DNA of 64,000 nt, from positions 7,621-71,620 of the forward strand of contig CBFHNZ010000003.1 of NCBI GenBank assembly GCA_965657415.1. Direction: 5' to 3'. The stretch comes from Candidatus Puniceispirillaceae bacterium (GTDB taxonomy: Bacteria > Pseudomonadota > Alphaproteobacteria > Puniceispirillales > Puniceispirillaceae). The stretch's first letter is position 1, and every line of letters begins with the position of its first letter. Under the pieces are notes generated by a model. It was not told the origin of the DNA. It saw only the letters and a program-made list of their open reading frames with translations, and made no database searches. Positions 1 through 9,064 of the stretch are shown piece by piece. The translations under genes and the position numbers were made by a program.

Positions 1-1
1 T

Positions 2-331
2 AAGACGCCGAATGACTGGCGTTATCGTGGGCCTGATGGCAAGCCCGGCGTCTTGCGGGTGACACCAAAGCTGTCGGCCAATAACGGTGATGTGCTGCGT
101 GAGGCGGCGATTGCCGGGCTTGGCATCACCTGCCTGCCGAATTTCCTGCATTATGACGCCATCAATAACGGCCTTCTGAAGCCGGTTCTGACCGATTATG
201 ACTGGGCCGAATATGATGTCTATGCTGTCTATCCGAAGACAACCATCCTGCCGAAACGCACCCGCGCCTTTGTCGATTTCATGTCAACGCGGTATGGCAT
301 GGACCCCTATTGGAACAAGATCCATGCCTGA
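2..331 (+). CDS. LysR-family transcriptional regulator, C-terminal substrate-binding domain (5' truncated by window)
   Basis: Frame open from window start; ANNGDVLREAAIAGLGITCLP and VYAVYP...LPKRTRAFVDF are typical of the CrgA-like LysR C-terminus. Confidence 0.88.
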   Translation, partial: KTPNDWRYRGPDGKPGVLRVTPKLSANNGDVLREAAIAGLGITCLPNFLHYDAINNGLLKPVLTDYDWAEYDVYAVYPKTTILPKRTRAFVDFMSTRYGMDPYWNKIHA

Positions 332-350
332 GATGTCCATGCCTGAGATA
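321..350. repeat. 15-bp tandem duplication (TCCATGCCTGAGATG/A x2) spanning the LysR stop codon
   Basis: Copies at 321-335 and 336-350. Confidence 0.85.
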
Positions 351-431
351 TTTGCGCCTCCGCCGCACCTGAACATTATTGATAGCTGTGGAAAAATCTT
401 TTCCTTCACCGGCCCTTTATTGTGATTCTGG

Positions 432-447
432 CAAACGTTACCGTTTG
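432..447. promoter_or_regulatory. Inverted repeat CAAACG-ttac-CGTTTG, possible operator upstream of candidate sRNA
   Basis: Perfect 6-bp arms with 4-bp spacer in an AT-richer intergenic region. Confidence 0.35.
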
Positions 448-459
448 GCTTGTTATTGA

Positions 460-572
460 CGCGGGCATGGTCCCGCGACCTCCAAGGCTTTGTGTGATGG
501 CACCCACACAAAGCTCCAACGAATCCTTCAGTTGGGGCACACTGAAAGAGGCGCGAAAGCGCCTCTTTTTTT
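460..572 (+). ncRNA. Candidate small RNA (three hairpins plus intrinsic terminator), family not recognised
   Basis: Stems CGCGGG/CCCGCG (460-477), GCTTTGTGTG/CACACAAAGC (487-514), TTCAGT/ACTGAA (527-546), then terminator; no credible ORF. Confidence 0.6.
545..572 (+). terminator. Rho-independent terminator
   Basis: AAAGAGGCGC-GAAA-GCGCCTCTTT stem with GNRA loop, ending in a T7 run (566-572). Confidence 0.88.
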
Positions 573-750
573 GTCTTTGTAACCTGGAATGGATGGCATA
601 ACGGGCGTTGGTCCACGCGTTGTCCCGGACTATATGCTGACCCTCATATCGTGATCGTGATTTGCCGGATTTCCGGCCGCCTGTCAGACTAAAGCTGACA
701 GTCATGGCCCGCTGGCATCCGGTATGGAGACATCCGGTACCAGTTGAGAG

Positions 751-800
751 CCGAGGACGCCCTGCCCGAGGACGCCCTGCCCGAGGACACCATGCCCGAG
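751..800. repeat. 15-bp tandem repeat x3.3 (CCGAGGACGCCCTGC) containing the RBS and, in copy 3, the start ATG of the VOC gene
   Basis: Copies at 751, 766, 781 (CCGAGGACACCATGC) and partial at 796. Confidence 0.9.
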
Positions 801-1142
801 CATCACAAAATTGATTATGTCGAGTTCGCCTCGGTGGACCCGGCGGCAACGCGGGCCTTCTTTGCCGCGGCCTTTGGCTGGAAGTTTGAGGAATATGGAC
901 CCTACCTCGCCTTTCATGGGGCCGGCCTTGATGGCGGAATCTATCCTGCCGATCTGGCCAGCCGCGCCGATGCCGGCGGTGCATTGATTGTATTCTACAG
1001 CACAGATCTTGCGGCGAGCGAACGGCTGGTCAAGCAGCATGGGGCGACCATCATCACGCCGGTCTTTGACTTCCCCGGCGGGCGCCGCTTTCATTTTGCC
1101 GAACCGGCGGGAAACGAATTCGCCGTCTGGTCAGACCGGTGA
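792..1142 (+). CDS. VOC (glyoxalase/bleomycin resistance) family protein
   Basis: KIDYVEF...AFFAAAFGWKF...YGP and FDFPGGRRFHFAEPAGNEFAVWS; start moved to ATG 792 after GAGGA. Confidence 0.88.
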   Translation: MPEHHKIDYVEFASVDPAATRAFFAAAFGWKFEEYGPYLAFHGAGLDGGIYPADLASRADAGGALIVFYSTDLAASERLVKQHGATIITPVFDFPGGRRFHFAEPAGNEFAVWSDR

Positions 1143-1176
1143 TGCCAGGCCGGCAGTGATGTGCCGCGCCCATCCT

Positions 1177-1205
1177 TTTGGCATGGTCCCCTTTGGCATG
1201 GTCCC
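1177..1205. repeat. 15-bp-period tandem duplication (TTTGGCATGGTCCC x2)
   Basis: Copies at 1177-1190 and 1192-1205. Confidence 0.8.
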
Positions 1206-1336
1206 TGTTGGGTTGGTCAATGTCGATTGATCACCTTTCCGGGTTCCATATCCTCGCCAAGCCTATATCGCCATTCCCATCTTGGCGGCGGCGTCAAACC
1301 TGTCATACTTGCGCATCGCCACCCGCGGATACCCCG

Positions 1337-2695
1337 ATGATCGCAAGATCCACCCTGCCATTTTTGTCCGCTGCCCATCGCCAGACGCGGCTTGTCTGCC
1401 TGACCATTGCCTGGGCGGCGGCTGTTGGTGCCATTCTGACGGCGCGTTCCGATGGTCTGATCGCCAGCATCGGCGCACTGGCCTTCGGTTTGTTCATTCT
1501 TTTGACGATGGCGCGGCTGCGCTGGGACAGTCTGGTGATTCTTGCCGTTCTGGTGTCTGTGATGTGGTTTCTTCTGGATGAAATGCCGGACGGTACCGAA
1601 ATTCTGGCAGGTGGTAGGCGTGTCCTGATCTTTGCCGCGCTGCTGCCGACAATGGCGCTTGTCAGGGCGACGGCGATGACAATGCCGTCGGTCCATGCCA
1701 CACAGCGCCGGCTTGGCGCGCTGCCTGCCGGTGCGTCGGCCGGGGGCCAGCAGCTGGCGGCGCATGTCTTTGGCGGGATCATCAATACCGGGGCTTTCGC
1801 GTTGCTGTCGGCGGCTCTGCCCGAGGATGCACAACAGCCGCGCCGCCGCGCCGCCGCCGAGGCAGTGATTCGCGGCATGGTATCATCCTCTGCCTGGTCG
1901 CCCTTTTTCGTGGCCTTCGCCATCGGGCAGAATTTCGTCGCACCGGCCTATGCCTGGATGGCCATCGCCATTGGCACTTTGTCCGCACTGCTTTTTACCT
2001 GTGCCACGCTTGTCGGATTGAACCGCGACTTCTCGCTGCAGCGTCTGCGGCTGTCGTTGGACTGTCTGCGGCCGGTGGCCTGGCGGCTTTTCATCGTTCT
2101 ACTGGCGGTGTTGCTGGTGGCGCTGACTTTCGGCCTGACCGCGCTGTCAGCGGTGGTGGTGGTGATGCCGCTGCTGGTGTTGTTGCAGCTGTTCCGGCAC
2201 CGCGACAAGGCGGCGATGATCCTCGGCCAGACACGCCAGGCGATGCACAGCACGGCGGATGATCTGGTGGTTATTACGGCGGCGATGCTGGTCGCCTTCT
2301 TCGCAACGCAGAATGACAGTCTGGGCAATCTTGTCGCCAACATCCATCAAGGGCAGATCCCTGGCTGGGTGGCGTTGATGACAACGCCGCTTGCGATGAT
2401 GCTGCTGTCGGTTGTCGGCATCCACCCGGTGATTACCAGCACGGCGATGCTGGCCACATTCAGTGGTGGTGGGGCGGATGTTCATCCGGCACTTCTTGTG
2501 CAGGCGCATCTCATTGGCTGGGGGGCCGGTACGATGAGTTCGGTGGCGTCGTTGTCGGTGCTGACATGTGGCAGTTTGTACCGGGTGCCGACGCGCCAGC
2601 TTGTCTTTGGCGAGAATATGCTGAGCGGTTTTCTCTATTCCCTGTTGGGCGGCGCGCTGCTGGTTGCGTTCAATTTCATGATGGGGCATTCCTGA
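1337..2695 (+). CDS. Polytopic membrane protein, probable transporter of unknown substrate
   Basis: About 12 hydrophobic segments; RGMVSSSAWSPFFVAFA and VVGIHPVIT motifs resemble DUF401/IT-superfamily permeases; start uncertain (ORF opens at 1178). Confidence 0.65.
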   Translation: MIARSTLPFLSAAHRQTRLVCLTIAWAAAVGAILTARSDGLIASIGALAFGLFILLTMARLRWDSLVILAVLVSVMWFLLDEMPDGTEILAGGRRVLIFAALLPTMALVRATAMTMPSVHATQRRLGALPAGASAGGQQLAAHVFGGIINTGAFALLSAALPEDAQQPRRRAAAEAVIRGMVSSSAWSPFFVAFAIGQNFVAPAYAWMAIAIGTLSALLFTCATLVGLNRDFSLQRLRLSLDCLRPVAWRLFIVLLAVLLVALTFGLTALSAVVVVMPLLVLLQLFRHRDKAAMILGQTRQAMHSTADDLVVITAAMLVAFFATQNDSLGNLVANIHQGQIPGWVALMTTPLAMMLLSVVGIHPVITSTAMLATFSGGGADVHPALLVQAHLIGWGAGTMSSVASLSVLTCGSLYRVPTRQLVFGENMLSGFLYSLLGGALLVAFNFMMGHS

Positions 2696-2774
2696 GCCAC
2701 AGGAGTTGTTGATCTGGCTTGTTGCCTTAGCGGTCAAAATTCTGCAGTTTCAGGAGTAACAGGAGGGATAATTC

Positions 2775-3791
2775 ATGATTTTTCGACAGCTGTTTGATTC
2801 GGTATCTTCGACCTACACCTATCTTCTGGCAAGCCGTGTTGGCGGCGAAGCGCTGCTGATCGACCCGGTCTTCGAGAAGACGGATCGCTATCTGAAACTT
2901 CTCGAGGAACTCGATCTGAAGCTGGTCAAGGTTGTGGACACGCATGTCCATGCCGACCATGTCACGGCCATGGGCGCGCTTCGCGACCGCACCAACTGTG
3001 TCACGGTGATGGGCGAACAATCGCCTGTCGATGTCGTGTCGATGCGTGTTGCTGATGGTGAGACGGTGACCATCGAAGGGCTGGCGATGACGGCGATGCA
3101 CACACCAGGTCATACCGATGACAGCTATTGCTTCCGCATGAATGACCGGGTTTTCACCGGTGACACGCTATTGATCAGGGGGACCGGCCGCACCGATTTC
3201 CAGAATGGCGATGCCGGCGACCAGTATGATTCGCTGTTTGGCAATCTGCTGACACTTCCCGACAGCACGCTGGTCTATCCGGCGCATGACTATAAAGGCG
3301 ATATGGTGTCCAGCATCGGCGAGGAAAAAGCCTTCAATCCGCGTCTGCAGGTTGATTCGCGCGCCGCCTATATCGACCTGATGGCCAATCTGAACCTGCC
3401 GAATCCGAAAATGATGGATGTCGCAGTGCCGGAGAATATCCGCATGGGGATCAATCTTGATCGTCAGCGCGAGGTGGCGACGGTCACCTCGGAGTCCATC
3501 ATCGTGGAGAATGCCGAGGGCCTGTTGCTGGTTGATCTTCGCGAGGAGGCCGAGCGCGTGAAATCAGGCGTCATTCCGGGATCGGTTCATGCCCCCTACA
3601 GCCGCCTCGACCAGCATCTACCGATGTTGAAACAGGCCGGTGACAGGCAGGTAGTCTTCTACTGCGCCGTTGGGGAACGGTCGACCATGGCGGTCGATAT
3701 TGCCTGCGGCAACGGTATTGCGGACTGCGCCCATATTCCGGGTGGCTTTGTGGCCTGGACCGAAGCTGGCGGCAATGTCGCGCGGGTCTGA
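2775..3791 (+). CDS. Persulfide dioxygenase (ETHE1-like MBL) fused to rhodanese domain
   Basis: FRQLFDSVSSTYTYLL, THVHADHVT, TPGHT, FTGDTLLIRGTGRTDFQNG, YPAHDYKG; C-terminal DLRE...YCAVGERS rhodanese; strong RBS. Confidence 0.9.
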   Translation: MIFRQLFDSVSSTYTYLLASRVGGEALLIDPVFEKTDRYLKLLEELDLKLVKVVDTHVHADHVTAMGALRDRTNCVTVMGEQSPVDVVSMRVADGETVTIEGLAMTAMHTPGHTDDSYCFRMNDRVFTGDTLLIRGTGRTDFQNGDAGDQYDSLFGNLLTLPDSTLVYPAHDYKGDMVSSIGEEKAFNPRLQVDSRAAYIDLMANLNLPNPKMMDVAVPENIRMGINLDRQREVATVTSESIIVENAEGLLLVDLREEAERVKSGVIPGSVHAPYSRLDQHLPMLKQAGDRQVVFYCAVGERSTMAVDIACGNGIADCAHIPGGFVAWTEAGGNVARV

Positions 3792-3815
3792 CGGGACGGG
3801 AGGCCGGCACAGTAT

Positions 3816-5135
3816 ATGGCACCCAGGAACATACACGACCGAAGCATGCAAGGCCGAGATCTGCAAAGGATACTGGTGGTCGGCGGTGGTATTGTCGGTG
3901 TCTGCAACGCGCTGGCACTGCAACGCGCGGGCTGTCAGGTCAGCCTGATTGATCGCGGCATGCCGGGGCGCGAAACCTCATATGGCAATGCTGGCGTGCT
4001 GTCCGAATCCTCGGTGGCGGTGCTGAACAGCCCGGGTTTGCTGAAAGCGCTTCCCAAACTTCTTCTTGGCCGATCGAACGGGCTTCGCTACTCGCCGCTG
4101 TTCGTGATCAGGCGACTTGGCTGGATGCTGCGCTTCCTGGCCCATTGCACACCGCGCCACTGGCGTGCCGCCGCCCGCGCGCTTCGCGAATTGCAGGTTC
4201 TTTCACTGGCCCAGCACAAGGACTGGATTGCCGAAGCGGGGGTGCAGGACCTGCTTCGCCACGGTGGCTGGATGAAGGTGTTCCGAAGCAAAGCCTCATT
4301 TGCCGCCTATGCCGCCGAACTGGCGCTCTATGACGAGGTCGGGGTGCGGTATACAGTTTTTGACCGGGACCAGCTTCGCCAGATCGAGCCCGGCCTGAAG
4401 CCGATCTATGAAAAGGCGGTGCTGTTTGATGATACCTGCGGTGTCTCCAACCCGGCAGCCTTGACCGATGCCTATCTGGCGATGTTCGTGGCGGCTGGTG
4501 GCACAGTGGTCGAGGGCAGCGTTACCGGCCTGCGTCAGACCGCCGAGATGTGGCAGGTTAGATTTGCCAAGGCCGAGGATGGTGCTGGTGTTGGTGCTGG
4601 TGAAAGTGTGATCGAGGGTGACGGGGTGGTGCTTGCCGCCGGTGCCTGGACGGCCGAGATCGCCGGCTGGCTTGGCTATGATCTACCGCTGGGATGGGAG
4701 CGCGGCTATCATCTTCATCTGGCCCCGGCCGACGGGCCGCAGCTGAACCGTGCGGTAAATGATGTTGATGGCGGTTTTGCCATTGCCCCGATGCAACAGG
4801 GGGTGCGAATCACCAGCGGGGTCGAGCTGACGGATCGTGACGCGCCACCCGACTACACGCAGATCAGAAAATCGGTTGCCATGGCCCGCGAGGCGCATGA
4901 GATGATGGCGGAGATCGAGACCGAGCCCTGGATGGGCCGTCGCCCGACAATGGTGGATTCGCTGCCGGTCATCGGCCCGGCACCGCGGCATCGCGGCCTG
5001 TGGTTCAATTTCGGGCACCAGCATGTTGGTCTGTCAATGGCACCGGGCTCGGCGCTGGCCATTACCGCGATGGTGGTTGGTATGTCGCCACCGCTCGACA
5101 CCACACCATTCCGCGCCGAACGGTTTTCAGTCTGA
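3816..5135 (+). CDS. FAD-dependent D-amino acid dehydrogenase (DadA/DAO family)
   Basis: VVGGGIVG, ETSYGNAG, ERGYH, WMGRRP, FGHQHVGL. Confidence 0.85.
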   Translation: MAPRNIHDRSMQGRDLQRILVVGGGIVGVCNALALQRAGCQVSLIDRGMPGRETSYGNAGVLSESSVAVLNSPGLLKALPKLLLGRSNGLRYSPLFVIRRLGWMLRFLAHCTPRHWRAAARALRELQVLSLAQHKDWIAEAGVQDLLRHGGWMKVFRSKASFAAYAAELALYDEVGVRYTVFDRDQLRQIEPGLKPIYEKAVLFDDTCGVSNPAALTDAYLAMFVAAGGTVVEGSVTGLRQTAEMWQVRFAKAEDGAGVGAGESVIEGDGVVLAAGAWTAEIAGWLGYDLPLGWERGYHLHLAPADGPQLNRAVNDVDGGFAIAPMQQGVRITSGVELTDRDAPPDYTQIRKSVAMAREAHEMMAEIETEPWMGRRPTMVDSLPVIGPAPRHRGLWFNFGHQHVGLSMAPGSALAITAMVVGMSPPLDTTPFRAERFSV

Positions 5136-6083
5136 TTTCCCAAAGGCGGACTCACGCGCCCGCAGGATGGCGCTGAGGGTCTCGTTGACCGGCGTCTTGA
5201 TGCCGTGTCTTGCGCCGATCACTGGCACCATGCCGTTAATGGCGTCGATCTCCGAGGCGCGCCCGGCAAGATGATCCAGCCGCAGGGACGGGTTGGCATC
5301 CGGCATCAGCGCGGCGAATTCGGTGACATATCGCTCGACATCCTCGAAGGAGAAATTGACCCCTTCGGCAAGACCGCACTGATACGCCTCGCGGGCGCAA
5401 TCAAGCGCAATCGCCCAGGCTTCCGCATTCGCCATCAGTGCCCCAACATTGCAGTCAAAGGCGGTACAGGGCGCGCTCAGCGTGACATTGCAGACGAACT
5501 TCTCCCAGATCAGCTGTGTAATGTCAGCAAAGGCACGGGCGGTGAAGCCGGCCTGCTGCCACAGCGATTGAAGATCACGCAGACGGTCTGTCAAGCCGCC
5601 CCTGATCTCGCCAAGCCGGATCATTCGCATGGCATTATGATGCGCGTGGCCGGGCCCGCGGATCGAGGCCCCGAACCCGTCCGCAACACCGAGAAGGACA
5701 TTATCGGCCGGCATATGCGGGGCAATCCTGTCGGCAGCGCCAAGCCCGTTCTGGATTGTCAGCACCAGCGAGTGAGGCCCCATCACGCCGGCCACGGCGC
5801 GCGCCGCCTCGCCAACGCCGCCAGCCTTGGTGGCGATGACATAGAGATCACACGTCCCTGCCGCGGCCAGATCGGTGGCGGCGCTGATCGAAGTTACGCG
5901 ACGGTCGCCACTGATGCCTTCAAGCCGCAACCCGTTCGCATTGATGGCGTCAACATGATCGGCCCAGCTGTCGATGGCCCAGACTTCATGGCCGGCCTCG
6001 GCCATCATCACGGCATAGATTGACCCCATCGCGCCGGTGCCGATGATGGCGATTTTTCGTGGCTGTGTGTCAGTCATCTTCAC
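5127..6083 (-). CDS. Ketopantoate reductase family protein (PanE/ApbA)
   Basis: IIGTGAMGS, IATKA, TIQNGLG, WEKFVCN, SLRLDHLAGRASEIDAING; GTG start overlaps upstream stop (GTGA). Confidence 0.85.
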   Translation of the reverse strand: MKMTDTQPRKIAIIGTGAMGSIYAVMMAEAGHEVWAIDSWADHVDAINANGLRLEGISGDRRVTSISAATDLAAAGTCDLYVIATKAGGVGEAARAVAGVMGPHSLVLTIQNGLGAADRIAPHMPADNVLLGVADGFGASIRGPGHAHHNAMRMIRLGEIRGGLTDRLRDLQSLWQQAGFTARAFADITQLIWEKFVCNVTLSAPCTAFDCNVGALMANAEAWAIALDCAREAYQCGLAEGVNFSFEDVERYVTEFAALMPDANPSLRLDHLAGRASEIDAINGMVPVIGARHGIKTPVNETLSAILRARESAFGKSD

Positions 6084-6880
6084 CCTGCCTTTTGGAAAAC
6101 AAGTTCGGTCGGCGCCAGCAGGCCGGATTCGATATGTGTCATAAGATTGCGGAACCTGTCAGGTGGCGCACCCGGTGCCGGTGCCGGTTTCGTCGCCATC
6201 ACATGATCGATGAAGGGCTTTGCGGCCGCCGTGCCGTCATGGCGCGCCTGCAAGGCAAACCCGGCTTTCGCGGCGGCGACAATATAGGCGTCGGGCGGCA
6301 CCACCGCGCTTACCGATGCATCCGACGCCCAGGGAAGCGGAAAGGTGATCTCGCCATCCCGGACCTGCATCATGTCATAGACACAGAACAGGCCGCCCGA
6401 TGTCAGGACCCGCGCCGCCTCGGCCATCAATGTCTGTTTATCGGTGATATTCATCCCGACATGAAGCATCATCGCGCGATCAAAGGTGTCGGTGTCAAAG
6501 GGCATCTCAAGCGCGCTGCCATGATGCAGCGTCACCAGCCCCTGCAATCCGCAGGCCGCGTTTAGCTGGCCGCCAGCAGCGATAAAATCGCCGGTGAGGT
6601 CGATTCCGGTAACATGGCATCCATGCGCCGCGGCGATGGCCCGCGCCGGCCCGCCCGCCCCGCAGCCGATGTCCAGCAGTCGGCTTGACCGGGAAAGGCT
6701 CAGCCGACTGGCGACACGGTGCGTTGCTGCCATGCCACCAACATGAAATTCATCGTAGGGCGCCAGAATTTCGGGGGTCAGGCTGGTGATGTCATGGCCT
6801 TCACCTTGCAGCGCGGTGAAGATACGCTCGGCAAGCCCCTGTTGCTGGTAATAGGTCTCGACGGCATCGGGTGAGGTCAT
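6080..6880 (-). CDS. Class I SAM-dependent methyltransferase
   Basis: DEFHVGG, LLDIGCGAGGPAR (motif I), VTGIDLT, HVGMNI. Confidence 0.87.
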   Translation of the reverse strand: MTSPDAVETYYQQQGLAERIFTALQGEGHDITSLTPEILAPYDEFHVGGMAATHRVASRLSLSRSSRLLDIGCGAGGPARAIAAAHGCHVTGIDLTGDFIAAGGQLNAACGLQGLVTLHHGSALEMPFDTDTFDRAMMLHVGMNITDKQTLMAEAARVLTSGGLFCVYDMMQVRDGEITFPLPWASDASVSAVVPPDAYIVAAAKAGFALQARHDGTAAAKPFIDHVMATKPAPAPGAPPDRFRNLMTHIESGLLAPTELVFQKAG

Positions 6881-6956
6881 GGAAAATCCTGTCGGGAGAA
6901 TGCGGTCCGGAATGGTTGTCTAGGGACAGGATAGCAGTCTTGGCGCAATTGGTAAG

Positions 6957-7024
6957 TCGCCTGTATAATTCACGCCCCTGTATGTTTCGTGCGCCTGTAT
7001 GTCTCATGCCCCTGTATGCCTCAT
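6957..7024. repeat. 17-bp degenerate tandem repeat x4 (core CCTGTAT) in divergent intergenic region
   Basis: Units at 6957, 6974, 6991, 7008. Confidence 0.8.
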
Positions 7025-7080
7025 GCTAAGGCGCGTCAGTACCTGAACGCCCCCTCGCAACTGACGATTTCCAGGACTTC

Positions 7081-7485
7081 GTGATGATCGACCCATCCCC
7101 GCTGTTTCAGGCCGCCGCGCCAATCCCCTTTCACGCGCTGGCGGCACTGGCCGCGACCGGGCTTGGCGCGGTTCAGCTGTGGCGCCCGAAAGGTGGACGA
7201 ATGCACCGCCAGATCGGCTATTTTTGGGTGGTGCTGATGGCCGGCGTCGCGATTTCGGGATTGTTCATTCATGAGACAAGAATGGTCGGGATATTCAGCC
7301 CGATCCATCTTTTGTCGCTACTCACACTTGCCAGCCTGTGGGTCGCCATATCCCGGGCACGGCGACGCGATATCGCCGGGCATCGCCGGGTCATGCTGCT
7401 GCTCTTCTGGCTGGCGTTGGTGCTGACTGGTGCCTTTACCTTCTGGCCCGGGCGGGTGATGCATGCGGTACTGTTCGGGGCTTGA
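7081..7485 (+). CDS. DUF2306 family membrane protein
   Basis: HALAA...KGGRMHRQIGYFWV...FSPIHLLS...HRRVM...GAFTFWPGRVMH. Confidence 0.8.
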   Translation: MMIDPSPLFQAAAPIPFHALAALAATGLGAVQLWRPKGGRMHRQIGYFWVVLMAGVAISGLFIHETRMVGIFSPIHLLSLLTLASLWVAISRARRRDIAGHRRVMLLLFWLALVLTGAFTFWPGRVMHAVLFGA

Positions 7486-7660
7486 TGATCATCCGGCTTG
7501 CCGTGAAAGCAGGCCACGGTGTGGGCAGTGCGGAATTTTTTCAAGTCAGATGAAGTATTTGCCGGCGTGGTCTTGCCTTTCACCGTTTCCCGAGGCTTAA
7601 TTTTCCATCCTGCACGGATCGGATGCCGGTCCGTACTGGTTTCACAAGGGAGGAATTCAA

Positions 7661-8623
7661 ATGAAACATATCCTGAAACTGTCACTCGCCGCCGCCTTCA
7701 GCGTCGGCCTGAGTGCGCAGTCATTCGCCGCCGAATGTATCGCGCCGGCAAACCCCGGCGGTGGCTGGGACTTTACCTGCCGGACCATCACCAAGATCAT
7801 GAGCGACATCGGTGCCTATGACGACTCGATCCAGGTCACCAACATGGCCGGAGGTGGCGGCGGACTTGCCTTCACCCATGTCGTGAATGAGCGTAACAGC
7901 GATGCCGACCTGATTGTTGCCGCCTCGACCGCGACGGCGACCCGTCTGGCGCAGAATGCCTATTCCGGCATGACGGCCGACCAGGTGCGCTTCCTTGGTG
8001 CCATTGGTGCCGACCCCGGCGTGATCGTCGTGGCAAAGGATTCGCCCTATCAGAACCTGAATGACCTTCTTGATGCGGTGATCGCTGATCCGTCAAAGCA
8101 TGCCTTTGCCGGTGGTTCCGCTGCCGGTGGCTTTGACCATCTGAAGGTCCTGATGGCGCTGAAGCGCAAAGGCTTCACCGACATCAAGAAGGTGAAATAT
8201 ATCGGTGTCGATGGCGATGCCGACGCCATTACCCAGACCGTTGGCGGATTTACCAGCGCGATGACGGGTGACATCTCGGGCGTTGTCGGCTTCATCAAGT
8301 CCGGTGATGTGCGGGTTCTGGCCTCCTTCACCGAAGAGCGGATTCCGGGCTTTGAGGATATCCCGACAGCGCGCGAGCAGGGCGTTGATGTGATCGCTGT
8401 GAACTGGCGCGGTCTCTACACCCCGAAAGGTGCCTCGGATGCCTCCTACAAGCAGTGGACCGAAGCGCTTCGTAAGGTTGGTGACTCGCCAGAGTGGAAG
8501 GAAGCCATGGTCGCCAACGGCCTGGCACCGTTCAACATGGTTGGGGGTGATTTCCAGTCCTATGTCGATGGCGTCATCGGCGAGGTCCGCGCCATGTCGG
8601 TCGAACTTGGCGTCATGAAGTAA
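7661..8623 (+). CDS. tctC: Tripartite tricarboxylate transporter substrate-binding protein
   Basis: Signal peptide; ECIAPANPGGGWDFTCR, NMAGGGGGLA, PTAREQG..NWRG; RBS GGAGG. Confidence 0.92.
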   Translation: MKHILKLSLAAAFSVGLSAQSFAAECIAPANPGGGWDFTCRTITKIMSDIGAYDDSIQVTNMAGGGGGLAFTHVVNERNSDADLIVAASTATATRLAQNAYSGMTADQVRFLGAIGADPGVIVVAKDSPYQNLNDLLDAVIADPSKHAFAGGSAAGGFDHLKVLMALKRKGFTDIKKVKYIGVDGDADAITQTVGGFTSAMTGDISGVVGFIKSGDVRVLASFTEERIPGFEDIPTAREQGVDVIAVNWRGLYTPKGASDASYKQWTEALRKVGDSPEWKEAMVANGLAPFNMVGGDFQSYVDGVIGEVRAMSVELGVMK

Positions 8624-9060
8624 TGTCAGACCGGATTACCGGGCTGATAGTAGCTGTTCTGGCGCTCGCCTTCGCGGCGGGTGCCAGTCAGCTTGAAGAG
8701 CCTTTCTTTGCTGACCCGCTGGGTCCCAAGGCATTTCCCTTGCTGATTTCGGCGGTGGCGTTTCTGGCCGGCGCCACGATGGTGATGCGCCCGGACGGCG
8801 AGCCTGCCTGGCCGGGCATTGCGACGCTCATCAGGCTGGCCATCGCAGCGGTCATTCTGGTGGCTTATGCCTATGCGTTGAAGCCGCTCGGCTTTCTGCT
8901 GCCAACCGCCATTGCCTCGGCGGCGCTGTCCTACCAGATTCGTCAGCATGCGGCGCAGAGTGCCGTTATCGGCCTCGCATTGTCAGGCGGGTTGTTCGTG
9001 ATCTTCAAATATGCGCTTGGCCTGGGGCTGTTCGCCCTGCCGCGCTGGCTGATGGGGTAG
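8623..9060 (+). CDS. tctB: Tripartite tricarboxylate transporter small membrane subunit
   Basis: 4 TM, DPLGPKAFP motif, between tctC and tctA. Confidence 0.9.
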   Translation: MSDRITGLIVAVLALAFAAGASQLEEPFFADPLGPKAFPLLISAVAFLAGATMVMRPDGEPAWPGIATLIRLAIAAVILVAYAYALKPLGFLLPTAIASAALSYQIRQHAAQSAVIGLALSGGLFVIFKYALGLGLFALPRWLMG

Positions 9061-9064
9061 GGTC

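Noticed and set aside
460-572. tRNA or known riboswitch
   Set aside because: No cloverleaf, T-loop or CCA; no recognisable aptamer consensus; next start codon is 220 bp past the terminator
7612-7636. Hairpin in tctC leader as regulatory RNA
   Set aside because: Single imperfect stem without U-tract or RBS overlap; likely an ordinary 5' stabiliser
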